Shown in pieces: positions 57,501 through 64,000 of a DNA stretch of 64,000 bases. The position numbers and the translations under genes are program-made. Under the pieces are notes generated by a model, which saw only the letters and a program-made list of their open reading frames with translations, did not search any database and was not told the DNA's origin. Where the stretch lies: the NCBI GenBank assembly GCA_003344405.1, contig NOWV01000018.1:372001-436000 (forward strand), given 5' to 3'. Numbering within the stretch: the first letter of the stretch is position 1; the number at the start of each line of letters is the position of its first letter. Source of the DNA: Trichoplax sp. H2 (lineage: Eukaryota).

Positions 57501-60500
57501 GGATAAGTGTAGATGAAAGAATCCATCATTTATTCCTTCTTCATTATGCTATTATAATGAAACGGATCTTAGATTTATTTCTATTCATTACTATACTTTG
57601 GCTAAATCGTGGTTTTAACAACTACTTCAATAATACTAATTGTTTATCAAATAAGGAACTTAAATAGCAACCTGATAGAGAATATTGACAATATCTTCCA
57701 TGAATCAATGACACAAGTGAATGCTATGTAAGCATTCAAGAATTTATTGCATTGATAGATCAAGATGAAGTACTCTAACTAATTTCGACATGATATAGTT
57801 ACCTACGCGATAACAGGATCAAGTCATGGAGTGGTGGTCCGTTTCGTCACTCTCCTATTCTGGCTATACTGTAAGTTTGTCTTGCCTTCCAGCTACGGAA
57901 TATCACTCTTAATAATTGATTCACTGGAATAAAAACTATTTAATTCTTTTGATTAATTTTCTACTTGGCACTGTCCAAAAACATCTGAATCTTTATAGAG
58001 ATCTTAGCGAAAATCTGTTGACGGAAGTTAGCGATCTGGGACTTGCTTCTATGAGTCAATTGTAAGTATATATATACATATACTTATCAGTTATATGATA
58101 TTAAAATTATAGTATCAAACTTAGACTATGCTATTAAAAATAAGCAACGATTTCAATAAGAATACTATGATAATCTATCAAATTTTGATGTTCTTGCAGT
58201 AATATAATTAATGAGATAGCGCTCTGTATCATTTTCGGTTCTATATTTTATTCATAAATATTCTACTTACAATTGAAGAAATTTTCTCTCCTACAAATTT
58301 TAGAGATCTGCAAGGTAATGAAATTAATTACTTATCCTGCCGTGGATTACCAACTGCCTTAAAATCGCTGTAAGCAATATCAAGAATTAGTTACTAATTT
58401 CAATTTGAGACTAAATCAAGACTGATAACATTTCTATATGATATAATATTCGGATTTAATGAAGTTATTGGACATTTTAAATTTTTATATCAGTAATTTG
58501 GCCTACAACAACATTAAGAAAATTGACTCTGATTGCGACACCTTATTCCAACAAATAAATGAATTGTATGATTTTCAGTTTTAGAATTGTTTTATTTTCA
58601 ATGATGCCAATACTTGCCTAATTTTGAAGTTTATTTTGAATTTGTAGCGACATTAGTTTTAATAACTTAGTTCCCAACGGCATGAATATTAAAGAATCGG
58701 TACTTGATAAACTGAAGCAAATCCTAGTCTTGTACGTACAGCATGTTTAATTTATTATCCTCATGCTATTGTAGTCAATCACTTGGCAATATTTTCCAAT
58801 ATGGATATAGACTTGACCTAGTAAATTTTAAATTCTTGCTATCGGTTTGTTATTTTTGAATCAGTTTAATTACTATAGTTGGATTGAGAAAGATTTAGGG
58901 AAAGTAATAACTAGATAGTAACTTACTCTTGATAAATTTTTAGATCAGAAGATTAATTAAATTGACTTAAAGTAGTTGAAAGTTCTATAAACGTCATGAA
59001 TATATTCTGAATAATGTAATATTCACTTTTTTGTATAGCTAAATAATACTAATTTATATTCATTAAGGGTGATCTTCTTCTAATATTATTACCTTATCTT
59101 AATGAAATATGTTCATGGGCTTATTCCTAACTAAAGAAATATCGCTGGCAATAATATTACGCGTATACGGCATAAAACAACCTTCAATCAATATCGGCGA
59201 TTGTAAGTTCATCATCGGAATTTTATAATGTCATTTCAAACTACGGTAACAAGTATTATATTTAAACTATGATAGTTTAAGTCACTTATTTCCTTACACA
59301 GTAGATATAACTCTCATTTCCAATAAATACATCGAAAAGTTTCTATATTCTAGCCAAGAATAAACTTAAAATACGCATATACAGTTGAAGAGTATAAAAG
59401 CAGTTTGATGCAAAGGGCTAGTCCAAAAATTTTAATGGTTGCGCATCCTACTGCAGCATTCCCTCCTTACTTAGCCAACTGCGACTTTTTGTAAAGCATA
59501 AAGTTAGATGATGTATTTTCGATATACTGACATTAAGCTGAGAAGATATATGCTTTGTAATAGCACAGTTTATAGTAGCTCTTTCTTTTAACTAAGGATA
59601 ACTTTTTAATATCTTGAGCGTAATACTTTTGATATACTGAAATTAACCTCGAAAATTTAGGATTTACACCAGAATTCTGTAGGTATTAAGCTTCTTTTCC
59701 TAATGAACTATGGTCTTTATAATACAATAATTAGAAACATTAGCTATAATCCGATGACACTGACAGAACTATCTGAATTTATGGGAAGAGGAACAAGCTA
59801 TCTTATGATGATGTAAGCTATTTCCATGCGTTAATACGAATGAGTTTTTGTTGCTTTCATGTCGTATAGAATCTAAACCTACGGTATTTATTTTCTTGCA
59901 GTTAGATTATAATAGCAACTACTACTCTATTTTAGCCGCTAAATGATTTAAATTTAGTTCAATGAATCAATTTTCAGTTCCTTGTATCTTCAACAAGATC
60001 CTTCCATTAACAGCTTTTGTGGCAAAATTTGCATCAAAGATCGACTATAAACGTTAAATACGATAAAATATGAAGCGAAATTTACTAGTATGTAATTTGC
60101 TTTTACTGTATTATTAATTTAATATTTTGAGTGTCATACTGCAGTAGTGATAGACTCGAAATGCTGCAGTAAAATTTTTACTTTACAATCAGGTAATAAA
60201 TAGAAACGTAATCCGATAGAACTGTAAATTGGGCAATATCTAAAATGCTAATTTGAGAAAATTTAAACACAATCTATCAGAATATTTAATCCCTTCAAGA
60301 CTAACTGCTTTAATAGAAAATGGATATATTCAGTTACTCGTTAAATTTCACTTTGAAGCTTGACATTATCTTCATTGATTAATGATTTTTGGTAAATTGG
60401 ATTTCAGCTGATTAAGAGCGTTCATTTTGCTATTTCAGTGACATCAGCAGTTTAAAATTCGAACAGTTACCTGATGAATATTGGCGATTCTATCAAATTC

Positions 60501-63185
60501 TTAGAATCTTGTAAGGCATAACACTCATAGAAGATTTTTTAGTTAAAATATTTACGAAAGGATTTCGTATGTCGACATAGGATAAATAAAATCACGTCAT
60601 TCGTCTAGTATAATTTTACTCCTGGTCATTACGGAATTACAATTTACTTACCAGAATTAACTCTCGTCCACTTGATTTCCGCTTAATTTAGGCACATTAA
60701 GGATAATGGTTTGAAGGAACTTAACTATGCTAATAGGACTAGATACGATAATAATGTGGTTTTAGAATTGTAAGTTATTCAGTTGATTCTATTATTTGCG
60801 TTGTATCGATTCCTGAATAGACAGTAATGATCTGGGATAGATATTACCTAGCTTATAGATGAATCTAAGCCTGGAATTTTAATATGGCCAATAAGAACAG
60901 TATAATTATCACCGAGCTAATTAGTTTATTTTAGCTATAGAAAGATAATAAAGATCAGTATACACTAGAAATCAACGAGGGTTGATCCTTCACGCAGAGA
61001 TCTTAATGGCTGCAGTTGTACCAGTATTCTTTTTCGATATGATCGATTATATGAAGATGCTTAATATCGACTGTTAAGATATGGATATATCAACAAAATT
61101 ATCGATGATTAAATTGTATACTGCATTTCATGGTCTTATTGATGAATTTAAACTATTCTTATCATTATTAATTGAAGAGACGTTTCAGGCAACAAAATGA
61201 ACAATTTCTTTTCCAGTATTGAAGCTCGATTAGTGTCCTTGGAAAAATTGTAAGCTCTAGTTCAAAGATTTTCTTTATACTTTTTCCGATTTAGGCTTTC
61301 TGTGAATAAAGAATATGTATTCTATCTATTAGTGACTCAGTAGTAATTTAGAATTTTATGTCTAAATTCTCTATTTTAAATACTATCTGAGATTTTAAAT
61401 ATGAATTACTCTCGATGGTTTAGAAATGTGGCAAGAAATGGAATTTCTGACATTTGTTATCGCAGCTTAGCAATCCAGTTTCCAGTTATTCAAATTCTGT
61501 AAGTTGGTTTTGTGTTAATTGTAATTAAGATCTTTTTCGTTCCTTTCACTCTCAGTCTAGTTATTAATAATAATGATAGAATAATGATAAGAATGCGTAC
61601 ACGCAATATTATAGCGATGCCAGGATGAATAAAATTGATCGTTTGCAAAGGAGATGCTTCAAAGGAATGGGAAAATTGCGAGTATTGTAAGTTAATTTAT
61701 TGATCAGCAATGGAAACGCTAAATTTCTAACTCAAACTAGGAATATCTTACAAATTGATCTAGTTGTGTATCCTCATATGCCCTTACAGTTTAGGAAAGT
61801 ATATTGAATATCACGAGAATACAAATTTATGCACACAGTTTTCAATTAAACTGTAACTTACAGTTAGTACTTGTAGTTGCCTTATAACATAGACTTTTCG
61901 ATTTTAAATTAATTTGAATGGTAATGTAAATTGGTCATGTATATCAGTATTATCACACTTACTAGCTATGACAGTTAGTTATTTCATTTTTAATATAAAT
62001 GACAGTATTTATTTAAATAATTAGACTTTTGCAAGACAATAACTTGGCATATGTTAGCGGAAAATCATTCTATGGTCCGCCTGAAATGGTCACAGTGTTA
62101 GTAACTACAGAAGTAAATGTAATAATGATTAAATTAGCAAGCACTAATCCTTTTTATCTTAATGTTGATATATTAGATTGACAAAGCGTGATTATCTTTG
62201 CTGTATGGTTCCCGCAAAAATTAAACTTTGTCAACCGAGTATGGGTTCTGACGATTTATCATCATGTGAAAATTTGTTGTCTCATTTTTCACAAAAATTA
62301 TTTATTTGGATTGTGGGTATCTTAGCTGTTGTTGGTAACCTACTCGTGTTTATTCAAAATCATTCCATTCGCAAACAGAAAAATAGCTTGGTTCCAATTT
62401 TTCTTATCAATAGTCTAGCTCTATCGGATCTCCTAATGGCGTTTTATTTGATAATTATTATTGTAGCTGATTTAGCTTTTAGCACTGGAGAGTATGGTCT
62501 GAATTCAGAAATATGGCTATCCAGTCCGTTTTGTTTAATAGCATGCTTTCTAGTTAACGCGTCTAGTTTAACAACTGTACTTTTGATGGTTACTATTTGC
62601 TCAGATCGCTATATTTGCTTGGTTTATCCTTTATCACCGAAAAGAATGAGTATTAAGACAGCACGCATAGTTGTCGTGTTCGTATGGATCTTATCGCTTT
62701 CATTTGCAGCAGCTCCGGTAATATCAAGTGCTAACATGCCAGGGTACCTTCGATTGTATACTTATAACAGCATGTGTATGGCTAATAATTACCAGATTGA
62801 CTACTATCGAGTTTGGATGATTTCTTATTTGTCCATAATATTTATTGCATGGGTAGCTATGACAATCTTATATATGCGTTTATTTATGACTATTCGTCGT
62901 AGCGGCAAGAATTTAAGAAGATCGACCGCAACTGACAATACAGTTATAGCGATACGCCTAGCATTAATTTTAATTTCTGATTTAATCAGTTGGGTTCCAT
63001 TCTACTATGTTAATTTGCATGGGTTGTTAACTTCTGGGCGTGTAGACGTAATAGCACTTCAATTTGTTGGTATATTTTCTTTGCCCATCAATTCAGCTAT
63101 TAATCCATATTTGTATACATTTACAAATATTGATATTATTAAGAAGTTTTTAGTTCGCCAGAAAACATTTAGCACTAAATCTTGA
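45577..63185 (+). CDS. Leucine-rich-repeat GPCR (LGR, type-C/RXFP-GRL101-like hinge and 7TM) with LRRNT and 48 LRR exons
   Basis: Signal exon 45577-45628 (MKWISLVALWIWTTITS). LRRNT exon 45803-45920 (CPQYCLC..LISC). 48 phase-2 exons of 63-84 nt, mostly 72 nt, from 46410 to 62096, each encoding xLxxNxIxxIxxxxFxxLxxLxxL. Terminal exon 62177-63185 with hinge LCC....C.P...DDLSSCENLL, GNLLV, SLALSDLLM, CSDRY, SDLISWVP and LPINSAINPYLY. Confidence 0.9.
62177..63185 (+). CDS. Terminal exon of the LGR: hinge plus complete rhodopsin-class 7TM
   Basis: 335-aa ORF preceded by the acceptor tattag|; seven hydrophobic helices, DRY and NPxxY motifs. Confidence 0.93.
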
Positions 63186-64000
63186 TGACTGCTTATTACA
63201 TTCCTCACTGGAACTAATCTTGATCAATGATAATGATTAAACAAATTTAGTAGTAGCTGGCATCTTTTCATTATATAATTTATTGTTTCATGCCTGTAGA
63301 TATGAGACTGAAGATACTTCTATCAACCTTATAATTTTACTACAACTTAAGGGATATCTAAAATTAAATATAACATTAGAATGTAACAGAAGCTAAATCT
63401 TCACGGGTATTGTAGTTGTGAGCAATCTAGCCCACACACATTTTTTAACAAGGCTTTATAATAATTTAGCCGAAATTTCGGCGATAAAGTGATAGATGTA
63501 ATAAAATATTAGCTTTAATAAAAATTCAAGTAATATTAGTACATGTTTACAAATCTACTGCTGATATAGATGTTCATACTGCTTTCAGGGAGATGAAAGG
63601 ATTTCATATCTATCGTTTCGGTGAAAGTCTTGAAAGATGAGTGTAAATATCTAATTAGATCTTATTTATATAGCGATGCTCAGTCGATACTCAAAATGCA
63701 TAGTTAAGACCCAAAGTAAGAGAATGACACTTAGTCAGTTAAAACTTTAAACTATAAATATCGTAAGGCTAACCTAAGTTCCTTCATGCAAGGTAAGTCG
63801 TCATGGTCTTTAAAGATTGCATCTAACTTCTGCGTCTGTAATAATGGTCAGAAGAGCAAGTTTAATCCTAAAACTGATAGTTGCAAAATTAGCTTAAAAT
63901 ACTGTATTTCGAGACGGACCTGTTCCTTGGTACCACTATAAATTGCATTACGGGAAATATCTGTAAGACTCCAGCTTAACGACGGCATCTAAAAACAGAT

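Overview
AT-rich, intron-dense animal genomic DNA with short GT-AG introns. The style suggests an early-branching metazoan such as a placozoan (inference only). I reconstructed four multi-exon genes by hand. (1) 805-5483 (-): adhesion-class GPCR with signal peptide, His/Tyr/Gly-rich tip, pentraxin/LamG domain and Ser/Thr mucin stalk, but apparently no GAIN domain; it has a furin site, a Stachel-like remnant and a 1-nt frameshift. (2) 11566-21688 (+): DENND5/Rab6IP1 homologue. (3) ~24520-28118 (-): very divergent importin-alpha-like ARM protein lacking the NLS-binding Trp array. (4) 45577-63185 (+): giant LRR-containing rhodopsin-class GPCR with an LRRNT, 48 single-repeat phase-2 LRR exons, a type-C (RXFP/GRL101-like) hinge and a single-exon 7TM. 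Its introns contain decayed LRR exon fossils, and many repeats show an alternating two-repeat cysteine pattern. The interval 29-45 kb is gene-poor, with local tandem repeats and one assembly gap. All exon structures are manual predictions.
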